Source: a virus (Duplodnaviria > Caudoviricetes). Taken from it: a stretch of DNA of 31,612 nucleotides. Made by a program: the position numbers and the translations under genes. Shown piece by piece: positions 16,286 to 23,746 of the stretch. Where the stretch lies: IMG/VR virus record IMGVR_UViG_3300014613_000070, positions 1-31,612 of that record, one strand, 5' to 3'. Every line of letters starts with the position of its first letter. Position 1 is the stretch's first letter. The notes under the pieces were generated by a model. It was not told the origin of the DNA. It ran no database searches and saw only the letters and a list, made by a program, of their open reading frames with translations.

Positions 16286-16585
16286 ATGGACAAGACTGAG
16301 ATTAGAAAGTATGTAGAGGACAACGATGAGGTAGGTTTAACACCCGCTGAGCTAGACCACGTGGCTACGTGCTGTGAGCGTATAAGCAGGTGGTATTATG
16401 AGGGTTATCCGCTTGGGAGCTTCTTGACCGCAGTTGTTAGAAATGACTTTATAGAGACAGTATTTCAAGCTGACGACGTCAACATAAAGGCATTAGAAAT
16501 ATATGCCTATTTTCTTACATGGAACTTACCATCCGATTGGAGAAAGAAAGCTAATCCTGTTGGGGCAATGAAGTTAGGCCTATGA
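16286..16585 (+). CDS. Hypothetical phage protein (cassette 1)
   Basis: AAGGAGGTG SD; GSFLTAVVRND...ADDVN motif; ends in the TGGGGCAATGAAGT repeat. Confidence 0.75.
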   Translation: MDKTEIRKYVEDNDEVGLTPAELDHVATCCERISRWYYEGYPLGSFLTAVVRNDFIETVFQADDVNIKALEIYAYFLTWNLPSDWRKKANPVGAMKLGL

Positions 16586-17103
16586 AGTATCCTAAAACAG
16601 TAGACGAACTAATACATTGGGACACATTTACTCAGCGTGATTCCTTTGGCTCATTTACTGTTATTACTGGGTTTGAAGGTACGGGTCATTGCTTCTGGTG
16701 TGGAGACGAAATACAAGGGAGGAGACGCTATTGTGGTGGAAACAAGGGGTGCTGGACACAATACTATAAACATTTTGGCCGGACTTATGCTGCTAATGCT
16801 GCTAGGAAACGAGCACTTTTTAGCTGTGAAAATTGCGGAGTACAAGGGATTGATATTCCGCCGATTGGTCGTTATGAAAGGTCAGGGCTTGAAGTCCATC
16901 ATATTATACCGATAAATGGCGAAGATAGGACTGTCCATGTTTATAATATCTTTTGGAATCTCATTTGCCTTTGCCACGATTGTCACATGGAATTGCACGC
17001 TATCATGAGACCTCCAAAGATAGATAAACCCATAGCAATCGACAGTTGGGAGGAAGCCGTGAAAGTTAGACAATCAATATTCAGTTTTGGGGCAATGAAG
17101 TAG
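16582..17103 (+). CDS. HNH endonuclease (cassette 2)
   Basis: CENCG...LEVHHIIP...NLICLCHDCHMELH; N-terminal CFWC...YC...C. Confidence 0.85.
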   Translation: MKYPKTVDELIHWDTFTQRDSFGSFTVITGFEGTGHCFWCGDEIQGRRRYCGGNKGCWTQYYKHFGRTYAANAARKRALFSCENCGVQGIDIPPIGRYERSGLEVHHIIPINGEDRTVHVYNIFWNLICLCHDCHMELHAIMRPPKIDKPIAIDSWEEAVKVRQSIFSFGAMK

Positions 17104-17135
17104 CGAGTGATATAACTAAAGGAGGAACGGATAAG

Positions 17136-17372
17136 ATGAATACCATTAAAGACTTGATAGAAACACACCAAGGAGAAATAGACAAGTTTATTAAAGACTG
17201 TCCTCATTTGGATATTATTGTTGAGGATGAATCTTTCGGGTGGCAAAGGTCAATAACAATTAGATGTAAAAGGTGCAGGCTTAATCTAGTTGGTTATATT
17301 GTCAACAAAAGCCAAAGTTATTTATCTTATGTTCGTGATTGTATTGCTAAGTACCCTGGAAACATGAAGTAG
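17136..17372 (+). CDS. Hypothetical protein (cassette 3)
   Basis: AAGGAGG SD; CPH...CKRC motif. Confidence 0.7.
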   Translation: MNTIKDLIETHQGEIDKFIKDCPHLDIIVEDESFGWQRSITIRCKRCRLNLVGYIVNKSQSYLSYVRDCIAKYPGNMK

Positions 17373-17412
17373 AGTCGGACATAGAACTTTAATCAAGAGG
17401 TAAGGAGGGGAA

Positions 17413-17631
17413 ATGACACAGAGACAGAAATGTTTTCATTGTGGAGAGAAAGAAGGAATATTGGTGAGGTTAACTCCTCGGGAGAATAACAATAAAACAG
17501 TTTGTATGGAATGTTTATGGGCAAGACACCCCAAAACCGCACTGGAAATGCTAGAATTTATTTTGGATAAGGAACAAGCAGAAACTCAGGCTGGGATTAT
17601 TGGAGTATGGGGCAATGAAGTAGAGAGTTAG
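17413..17631 (+). CDS. Small zinc-finger protein (cassette 4)
   Basis: AAGGAGG SD; CFHC...CMEC. Confidence 0.7.
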   Translation: MTQRQKCFHCGEKEGILVRLTPRENNNKTVCMECLWARHPKTALEMLEFILDKEQAETQAGIIGVWGNEVES

Positions 17632-17635
17632 AATT

Positions 17636-18040
17636 ATGATACCTATTTTAACAGGCAAAGTAAAAGACGGGAAGCTTAAATTAGATGCTCCTCAAAATTA
17701 CCTTGTTGAGCTCTCCAAGTTTGAGGGGCAACGTATTGAATTAACCATCCGGAAAGAACGCCATATAAGGTCGCTCAGTCAGAATAAATATTATTGGGGC
17801 GTGATAATTGAGATACTATCCAATAATTTCGGTTATGATAAAGAGGAGATGCATGAAGAATTAAAGAGGAAATTCAACCCCAAACCTAGTAAAATAGACT
17901 GCGACAAAACTTATGGGGCATCAACTACCAAGATGTCTGTTGCTGAATTCGGAGAATATTTGGAGCAGGTTATAACTTGGGCATCAGTAGAATATGGAAT
18001 CATTATACCCGATTCCGATGGAGTATATATCGATGGCTAG
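17636..18040 (+). CDS. NinB/Orf-like recombination protein
   Basis: RSLSQNKYYWG, EEMHEELK and STTKMSVAEFGEYLEQV motifs. Confidence 0.75.
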   Translation: MIPILTGKVKDGKLKLDAPQNYLVELSKFEGQRIELTIRKERHIRSLSQNKYYWGVIIEILSNNFGYDKEEMHEELKRKFNPKPSKIDCDKTYGASTTKMSVAEFGEYLEQVITWASVEYGIIIPDSDGVYIDG

Positions 18041-18167
18041 ACCGCCCAATCCCCTGTCAAGGGGTGGTCAAAATGTAATTGGAAACATACAACCGTTATG
18101 TTCATCATGTAATTCTAGTAAGAGGGAGAAATTTATTCCCAGTGCGGATGGGATTGAAATACAGTGA
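18033..18167 (+). pseudogene. Internally deleted HNH endonuclease remnant (44 aa)
   Basis: MARPPNPLSRGGQNVIGNIQPLCSSCNSSKREKFIPSADGIEIQ: the C-terminal half of an HNH motif lacking the DH catalytic residues. Not in the ORF track. Confidence 0.75.
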
Positions 18168-18538
18168 AGATAAAAATATCGCCCTTAGACAAGCTATTCT
18201 CGGAGTATATCAGACGAAGGGCAATGCAAAGAGTTGGCGGGTGTGAGCGATGTCTGTCGGGCAAGGTCGATTACAAGCAACTTCAATGCAGTCATTTTAT
18301 AGGAAGGGGCAGGAAGTCAACCAGGTATGATGAGGATAACGCTGTAGGGCTTTGTATGGGTTGTCACACTCATCTAGGAGCAAACCCCCTTGAACACACT
18401 CAGTGGTTTACTGATAAAATAGGTCAGGAGAAACTTGACCTATTACAAGCGAGAAGCAGAATCACCTATCCCAAACCTGATAAAAAACTTATTGAGTTAT
18501 ACCTTAAGGAAAAGATAGCGGAGATACTAAGTGAGTAA
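18164..18538 (+). CDS. NinG/Rap-like endonuclease
   Basis: LDKLFSEYIRRR, CERC, QCSHFIGR...STRYDEDN...LCMGCH. Confidence 0.85.
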   Translation: MKIKISPLDKLFSEYIRRRAMQRVGGCERCLSGKVDYKQLQCSHFIGRGRKSTRYDEDNAVGLCMGCHTHLGANPLEHTQWFTDKIGQEKLDLLQARSRITYPKPDKKLIELYLKEKIAEILSE

Positions 18539-18749
18539 TTGGCCTTTATTTTGGTGCCTAAAATCTGAAGACCAAGCGAAATTGATGCAATTCCAATGGG
18601 ACGTCTATGGCCTGAAGCTTGATATACCGACTCCGCCCAGGGCATCGAAGAGCGTATGGCAGACAGTAATGCTAGAGAGCGCTGAAGAAATCGACAAGTT
18701 AATGCGCCAAGCGTCTTCTATGAGTAGGGGGGTGAAAGAGAAATATTAG
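18531..18749 (+). CDS. Hypothetical protein
   Basis: 72-aa ORF overlapping the upstream stop; GGAG SD. Confidence 0.6.
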   Translation: MSNWPLFWCLKSEDQAKLMQFQWDVYGLKLDIPTPPRASKSVWQTVMLESAEEIDKLMRQASSMSRGVKEKY

Positions 18750-18784
18750 ACAGGCATGAGCTAAAAAGGCTTTCTGATGAGGAC

Positions 18785-19039
18785 TTGGTGAATTACCTCG
18801 AGGGGTATACTAACGAGTTAGAATTAACCGGCCGCCGACTCATTGCCCTAAAAAGAACTCAGGTAGTTAATCCAACTTGGTCAGCCTATGACCCTTATAT
18901 AGATGAGGTTGTTAGTATTGACATCAGGATAGAAGAACAGGAAGCGGTGCGAGACGAGTATTCCGACCAAATCGCTCTTATCGATGCCGAGCGTAACCGC
19001 AGGCTAGGATATAATCAGACGATAAGGATGTTTAGGTGA
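18785..19039 (+). CDS. Hypothetical coiled-coil protein (start uncertain)
   Basis: Frame is open from ~18728; no clear ATG. Confidence 0.55.
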   Translation: MVNYLEGYTNELELTGRRLIALKRTQVVNPTWSAYDPYIDEVVSIDIRIEEQEAVRDEYSDQIALIDAERNRRLGYNQTIRMFR

Positions 19040-19042
19040 AAA

Positions 19043-19075
19043 TGAACTTCCCACGACCTTACGGTCGGGGTATCC
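19043..19075. mobile_element. Solo IS200/IS605-like terminal hairpin (tentative)
   Basis: TGAACTT-CCCACGACC-TTAC-GGTCGGGG-TATCC resembles IS200/IS605-superfamily subterminal palindromes; no transposase nearby. Confidence 0.35.
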
Positions 19076-19230
19076 TGAGCTAAGTTATGAAAAGGATGCA
19101 TGAGGAGTTTTAAGTGATGACAACGCTAAAAAGAATGCTGGCGACTTTCTGGGCAGAAACGTTGATTTAGTGATGATAGTATGGCTATTAAGTGGTGATT
19201 TATAGACTGCTGTGGTAAGGACTGGTTCAA

Positions 19231-19737
19231 TTGGCTGAGTTAGATTGTAGCAAATGCAAGGATGCTCGTGTCACTAATGGTTGCCATGGTAAAGAATGGT
19301 ACAAGCCAGGCGAGATAAGATATTGTAAACCTCAAGTTATATTCATACTTGAATATCTCAGGCTAATGGAGCTAGGGCAGTATCCTAGAAACCCCAAAGA
19401 GACCGGGTATACGGAGCTTAAGGTGTGGGTCCAGCGCGGTAAGAAGGATGGCTACTTTGTTACACCGGCCACTATCTTCAGCGATATAGATGCTAGATTA
19501 AAGACCGCCGGTAAAGATGGAGGATTACTGAGGGCTAGGTATTGTGACGGTTATGACGAGGATGCACTAATTAAGCAATATAGAATGCCCTACGAGGAAT
19601 TACTAGCCAGGATAGATTCTGCCCTTTTTTTCATTTGTGGGTTTTACACAAAAACCAACTATCTTGAATGGAAGAAGAAAAGAACATACAGGGCGAATGT
19701 CCACCAAAAGGTAGGACATAAAAATCAAAAGTGGTAG
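19231..19737 (+). CDS. Putative late-transcription regulator
   Basis: Cys-rich N-terminus and HTH-like C-terminal region; located after the nin-like genes where Q/RinA/ArpU-type genes usually lie. Function is inferred from position. Confidence 0.45.
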   Translation: MAELDCSKCKDARVTNGCHGKEWYKPGEIRYCKPQVIFILEYLRLMELGQYPRNPKETGYTELKVWVQRGKKDGYFVTPATIFSDIDARLKTAGKDGGLLRARYCDGYDEDALIKQYRMPYEELLARIDSALFFICGFYTKTNYLEWKKKRTYRANVHQKVGHKNQKW

Positions 19738-19797
19738 GCGGCACAATACTTCGAAGTGCAAAGGTGAAACCTACCAGGAGTTTAATGGGAGGAAGAA

Positions 19798-20172
19798 ATG
19801 AGCCAAGAAGAAACTGTTACTTGCCGTCACGTAGAGGATATAGATACCTCCACCAATATTGGGAAATGTCGGCTCTGTGACCAAGAACGGTGGTATAACC
19901 CGGGGCATATAGTCGAGATTATTAAAAGGGGTCATGTTAAAGGCATTCTAACTGATATTGTTCCGGCACGGTACGGTTACCGCGAGCATAGAAGGAGGGA
20001 GAAAGAAATGGGACAAAAGACAGAGGTATCTATGAGCGACAAAACATCAATCCAGGTAACCAAGGAAACCAAGGAAAGGCTAGGCCGGCTCGGCATTAAG
20101 GGGGACACCTATGACGCCATCATCAATCGGCTTCTGGACAAGGTAGGTAGTAAGAAGGCGAGGAGCGGTTAG
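19798..20172 (+). CDS. Zn-binding domain fused to a ribbon-helix-helix-like domain
   Basis: CRH...CRLC N-part; C-part TSIQVTKETKERLGRLGIKGDTYDAIINRLLD with internal SD+ATG at 20008 and 20032. Confidence 0.6.
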   Translation: MSQEETVTCRHVEDIDTSTNIGKCRLCDQERWYNPGHIVEIIKRGHVKGILTDIVPARYGYREHRRREKEMGQKTEVSMSDKTSIQVTKETKERLGRLGIKGDTYDAIINRLLDKVGSKKARSG

Positions 20173-20186
20173 TTATAAGGAGAGGT

Positions 20187-21200
20187 ATGGAGATTAAGTT
20201 TCCTAGAGACACGGCATTTCGCAAGACATTCTTTGTGCCAGATAGCTTCGCTCACCCAGCTAAGATGGATGCCCAGCTTCTTATCTGGATAGTAGAGCGT
20301 TACACGGAAGCAGGTGAAATTATCCTAGACCCGATGGCGGGAAGTGGCACACTGATGCTTGCGTGCACTCTGGGAAGGCACTGCGTATTGGTTGAGCTTG
20401 AGGAGAAGTTTTGTAAGATGATGCGGGACAACTGGGAGCAGGTCAAGATGAGACCGCAACTCGGCTCGGCTATGGGAGAGTGCCAGATACTTCAGGGTGA
20501 TGCCAGACAGCTTGAGGGCTTATGCGATAAGATTATAACAAGTCCGCCTTATGCTGAAGCGAAGCCAGGGACAATGACCGAAGAGCAATGGGCGGAAAAT
20601 AGATTAAGGCATCACCGTTCCCCTGATTGCGAAGGCAGAGCTATTACTAGCGGATATCCTGATAATCCCAACAACTTGGGCAATCTACCCTACGGAGAGA
20701 TAAACCATATCATCACATCACCTCCGTATGAGGGGAGTGTATCAGCTTCTACTGGCGGGGAGCGAGACCAATCATCAGCTAGGCAAAGAGAAAAGCGATT
20801 AGAGGATAAGGGGTATGACCCTGCCAAGTATCAAGGCGGAGTAGGTAGAAATCTTGAGGTAGATTTCCAATATTCCAAAGCCGAAGACAACATAGGTAAT
20901 CTTAAAAACACTTCCTATCTCTCGGCAATGGCTCAGGTCTATCAGCAGTGCTATTCCGTTTTGAAGCCTGAAGGTCTGATGATACTGGTAACTAAGAACT
21001 TCCTGAGAGACCAAAAAGAGATAAGATTAGATACAGATACCCTCGCCCTTTGTGATAAGGCAGGGTTTCAATTCGTTGAAAGGCACTATCGCCGACTCCC
21101 GTCTCAGAGTTTTTGGAGAGTAATCTATGCGAGAAAATACCCCAACGCACCAGTCTTAGACCGAGAAGATATACTTGTGTTTAGGAAGGAGAAGCAATGA
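20187..21200 (+). CDS. DNA amino-methyltransferase (likely N4-cytosine) with duplicated SPPY module
   Basis: HPAKM, motif I LDPMAGSGT, two IITSPPY motifs and VLKPEG. Confidence 0.85.
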   Translation: MEIKFPRDTAFRKTFFVPDSFAHPAKMDAQLLIWIVERYTEAGEIILDPMAGSGTLMLACTLGRHCVLVELEEKFCKMMRDNWEQVKMRPQLGSAMGECQILQGDARQLEGLCDKIITSPPYAEAKPGTMTEEQWAENRLRHHRSPDCEGRAITSGYPDNPNNLGNLPYGEINHIITSPPYEGSVSASTGGERDQSSARQREKRLEDKGYDPAKYQGGVGRNLEVDFQYSKAEDNIGNLKNTSYLSAMAQVYQQCYSVLKPEGLMILVTKNFLRDQKEIRLDTDTLALCDKAGFQFVERHYRRLPSQSFWRVIYARKYPNAPVLDREDILVFRKEKQ

Positions 21201-21289
21201 GCGTTAATGAAATTGTCATGTGTGTTATTGTAGTGATTACCGGCATAGCGATGATTGCCATGTCCTATAGGAAAGAAATCAAGAGGTAA
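21197..21289 (+). CDS. 30-aa single-TM peptide
   Basis: AAGGAG SD; MSVNEIVMCVIVVITGIAMIAMSYRKEIKR. Confidence 0.55.
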   Translation: MSVNEIVMCVIVVITGIAMIAMSYRKEIKR

Positions 21290-21300
21290 GGAGGTAAGAT

Positions 21301-21468
21301 ATGAAAAGAGGATTACTGAATATAGTAGCACTGGTTCTTCTAGTAGTCGGAGTAATCATCATCATAAGTGGGCTTGATGTGATTATCCTGTGGAGAGTGT
21401 TTGTTGGCGATGGTATGGTAATTCTAGCTTTTATAATTGCCCTTTACTTGACAAAATATCAGAAATAG
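21301..21468 (+). CDS. 55-aa two-TM membrane protein
   Basis: TAAGGAGGT SD; MKRGLLNIVALVLLVVGVIIIISG...LAFIIALYLTKYQK. Confidence 0.65.
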   Translation: MKRGLLNIVALVLLVVGVIIIISGLDVIILWRVFVGDGMVILAFIIALYLTKYQK

Positions 21469-21481
21469 CCCATGATATAAT
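21448..21481 (+). promoter_or_regulatory. Putative late-operon promoter
   Basis: TTGACA (21448-53), 17 bp, CATGAT; an overlapping TATAAT lies at 21476-81. Confidence 0.55.
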
Positions 21482-21502
21482 TAGTTGAAAAGTGTGAACA
21501 CG

Positions 21503-21532
21503 GGAAGCCCGGTTGAGATGCCGGGCTTCTTG
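21503..21532 (+). terminator. GC-rich hairpin/terminator just downstream of the putative late promoter
   Basis: GAAGCCCGG-TTGAGATG-CCGGGCTTC then TT; the U tract is weak. Confidence 0.6.
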
Positions 21533-21619
21533 CATATAGCCCACCAGTATATATATGGATATTCAGACAGTAGAAATTACTAGAGTTGGTTCAGAAACTT
21601 CGGGACACAAGAAGCTACG

Positions 21620-22843
21620 ATGAAAATAGAAGTCGTCCCTATAAGCGCAATTAAGCCCTCAGCCTATAATCCACGCAAAGATCTCCAGCCGGGTGATGCG
21701 GAATATGAGAAGCTCAAGAAGTCCATTACTGAGTTTGACATGGTTGAACCGCTTGTCTGGAATAAGAGGTCAGGCAACTTAGTGGGCGGTCACCAAAGAC
21801 TTAAAATCCTCAAGGAACTGGACTATTCCGAGGTTGAGGTATCGGTGGTTGACCTCCCCGAAGCCAAAGAGAAGGCTCTCAACCTGGCACTCAATAAGAT
21901 ATCCGGTGAATGGGACCTCCCTGCACTAAAGGATTTGCTTGAGGAGCTTGACACTGGTGACTTCGACATGGAGATAACAGGCTTCGACCTGAAAGAGATT
22001 GAAGACCTGATGACCCAATTCCATGTACCAGAAGAAGGACTAACCGATGATGATGCCGTACCAGAGGCCACAGAATCGATTTGTAGGAAGGGCGACCTGT
22101 GGAGTCTAGGGAATCACAAGGTCTTATGTGGGGATGCGACTCTCAAGACGGATGTGGAGAGGCTGATGGGGGGAGAGAAGGCGGATTTGGTTTTCACTGA
22201 CCCGCCGTATGGGATTGGTTACAAAGATGTGAAAGGCAAGCATGAGCCGATTGTCAATGATAAAGGCGTGGCTATTATAGACTTACTGGCATTACTTCCT
22301 TCTGATTGCCCTTCTTATGTCTGTTGTAACTGGAAGAGTTACCCCGAATATTACCAAGCAATTCCCGACGTGAAAGCTCTTATTGTTTGGGATAAGGGAC
22401 ATGGCGTTCAGAACCTTGATAAGTTTTACAAACGCCACGAGTTTATCATATATCGGGGAGAGTTCGGTGGACAAAAAACATTGGATGGTGATGTCTGGTT
22501 AGTAGACAGAGAAGTGAGGGGTGACCATCCCACCGCTAAACCTGTTGAGCTTATATCAAAGGCTCTCGGATATTCCAGTTATGTAGGCAATATAGTCCTC
22601 GACCTCTTCGGAGGCTCCGGCTCCACACTAATAGCCTGTGAGAAGCTAGGTAGAAGATGTTTTATGATGGAGATTTCAGAGATGTATTGCACGGTCATTT
22701 TGAAACGATGGGAGGCATATACAGGCAAAGACGCTGTTCGAGAGGATGGTAGGAAATGGAGCGAATTAAAAGCAGAGATGAAGCAGGTAAACAAAGACCA
22801 GTTTACTATAAGCCCTATCACCTCAAAAATAAAGAGCGGTTAG
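21620..22843 (+). CDS. ParB-like N-terminal domain plus N6-adenine DNA methyltransferase
   Basis: YNPRK...VGGHQRLK ParB/Srx domain; FTDPPY, HPTAKPVEL and DLFGGSGST (beta-class order); typical position before terS. Confidence 0.9.
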   Translation: MKIEVVPISAIKPSAYNPRKDLQPGDAEYEKLKKSITEFDMVEPLVWNKRSGNLVGGHQRLKILKELDYSEVEVSVVDLPEAKEKALNLALNKISGEWDLPALKDLLEELDTGDFDMEITGFDLKEIEDLMTQFHVPEEGLTDDDAVPEATESICRKGDLWSLGNHKVLCGDATLKTDVERLMGGEKADLVFTDPPYGIGYKDVKGKHEPIVNDKGVAIIDLLALLPSDCPSYVCCNWKSYPEYYQAIPDVKALIVWDKGHGVQNLDKFYKRHEFIIYRGEFGGQKTLDGDVWLVDREVRGDHPTAKPVELISKALGYSSYVGNIVLDLFGGSGSTLIACEKLGRRCFMMEISEMYCTVILKRWEAYTGKDAVREDGRKWSELKAEMKQVNKDQFTISPITSKIKSG

Positions 22844-23125
22844 CTCAGAAATTCAAGGAAAACTATGAGAGAATTAAAACTGACCCTGTTTTGCTGGCAG
22901 AGCACAGAAAGAAATGTGCTGAGGCAACACGGAGATATAGAGAACGACGGTTTACCAGGACAGTTGCAGGATAGTTTTGAAGCTAACGTCACTGGAAACG
23001 ATGTTATTCCTATATGCAATGCCCTTGACCACTTGAAGCGAAAGAACCCAGAGAAGGCGGCAGGTTATCAAGTGGACTTCACAGGTAAGCAGGCGGTGAG
23101 AATTGGAACCGCTGATGAAGTGTGA
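22756..23125 (+). pseudogene. Degenerate insert: basic helical ORF (22756..22974) plus a duplicate of the methyltransferase 3' end
   Basis: YHLKNKERLAQKFKENYER resembles HNH N-terminal helices; DFTGKQAVRI at 23075-23104 repeats YTGKDAVRE at 22718-22744. Confidence 0.5.
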
Positions 23126-23219
23126 AATTTGCAAGAAGGTTGTGGAGCCGATAGATGCCCCAGAACATGAGAAGGAAACAGGGCACAATTCATGGACAAT
23201 GATTAAACGGAAGGCTTAA
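23115..23219 (+). CDS. 34-aa C2H2-type zinc-finger microprotein
   Basis: MKCEICKKVVEPIDAPEHEKETGHNSWTMIKRKA. Not in the ORF track. Confidence 0.6.
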   Translation: MKCEICKKVVEPIDAPEHEKETGHNSWTMIKRKA

Positions 23220-23281
23220 CATAACTAAAACAGTTTTGAGGCTAAAAGATAACATTCCCCACCGGCGGGAAGGACAGATAC

Positions 23282-23746
23282 ATGGTAACGAACGGCAAAA
23301 GCGGCAGACCTAAAGTAGAAATAGACTATGTGGCAGTTGAGAAACTTGCTCTTCTTCAATGCACCGAATCCGAAATAGCTGAGTATCTTGGTGTCTCAAT
23401 TAGGACATTACAGAGGAATAAAGAGTTTTGTCGCATATATAAAAAGGGGCAGCATGATGGTCACTCTTCATTGCGTAGGCTACAATGGAAGGTAGCCAAT
23501 GGGGAATATCTGGCTAAGTCTATCACATATACCAATAAAGATGGCTCCACTCGCACTGAGAACGTTTATGCACAACCTAGCCCAGTTATGTTGATATGGC
23601 TTGGGAAGCAGTATTTAGAGCAGAAAGATAAAACCGAGATAGGCAATCCAGAAGGAGAGAGCTTTAGAGTTGAACATGATGCTAAAGGAAAACTCCTTCA
23701 GGCTATAAATAGGTTAGCCGAAAGGGCAAAAGAGGTTCAGGAATAA
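23282..23746 (+). CDS. terS: Terminase small subunit
   Basis: GRPK, HTH (CTESEIAEYLGVSIRTL), SLRRLQW and MLIWLGKQYLEQKDK motifs. Confidence 0.88.
   Translation: MVTNGKSGRPKVEIDYVAVEKLALLQCTESEIAEYLGVSIRTLQRNKEFCRIYKKGQHDGHSSLRRLQWKVANGEYLAKSITYTNKDGSTRTENVYAQPSPVMLIWLGKQYLEQKDKTEIGNPEGESFRVEHDAKGKLLQAINRLAERAKEVQE

Larger units (their letters stand above)
16561..17628 (+). repeat. Dispersed gene-end direct repeats TGGGGCAATGAAGT(AG)
   Basis: Exact 14-mer at 16561, 17088 and 17608; degenerate copy TGGAAACATGAAGTAGAGT at 17357. Confidence 0.9.

Noticed and set aside
16561-17628. CRISPR array or integron attC sites
   Set aside because: Repeats are 14-21 bp, non-palindromic and separated by whole genes of 250-530 bp; no cas or intI gene.
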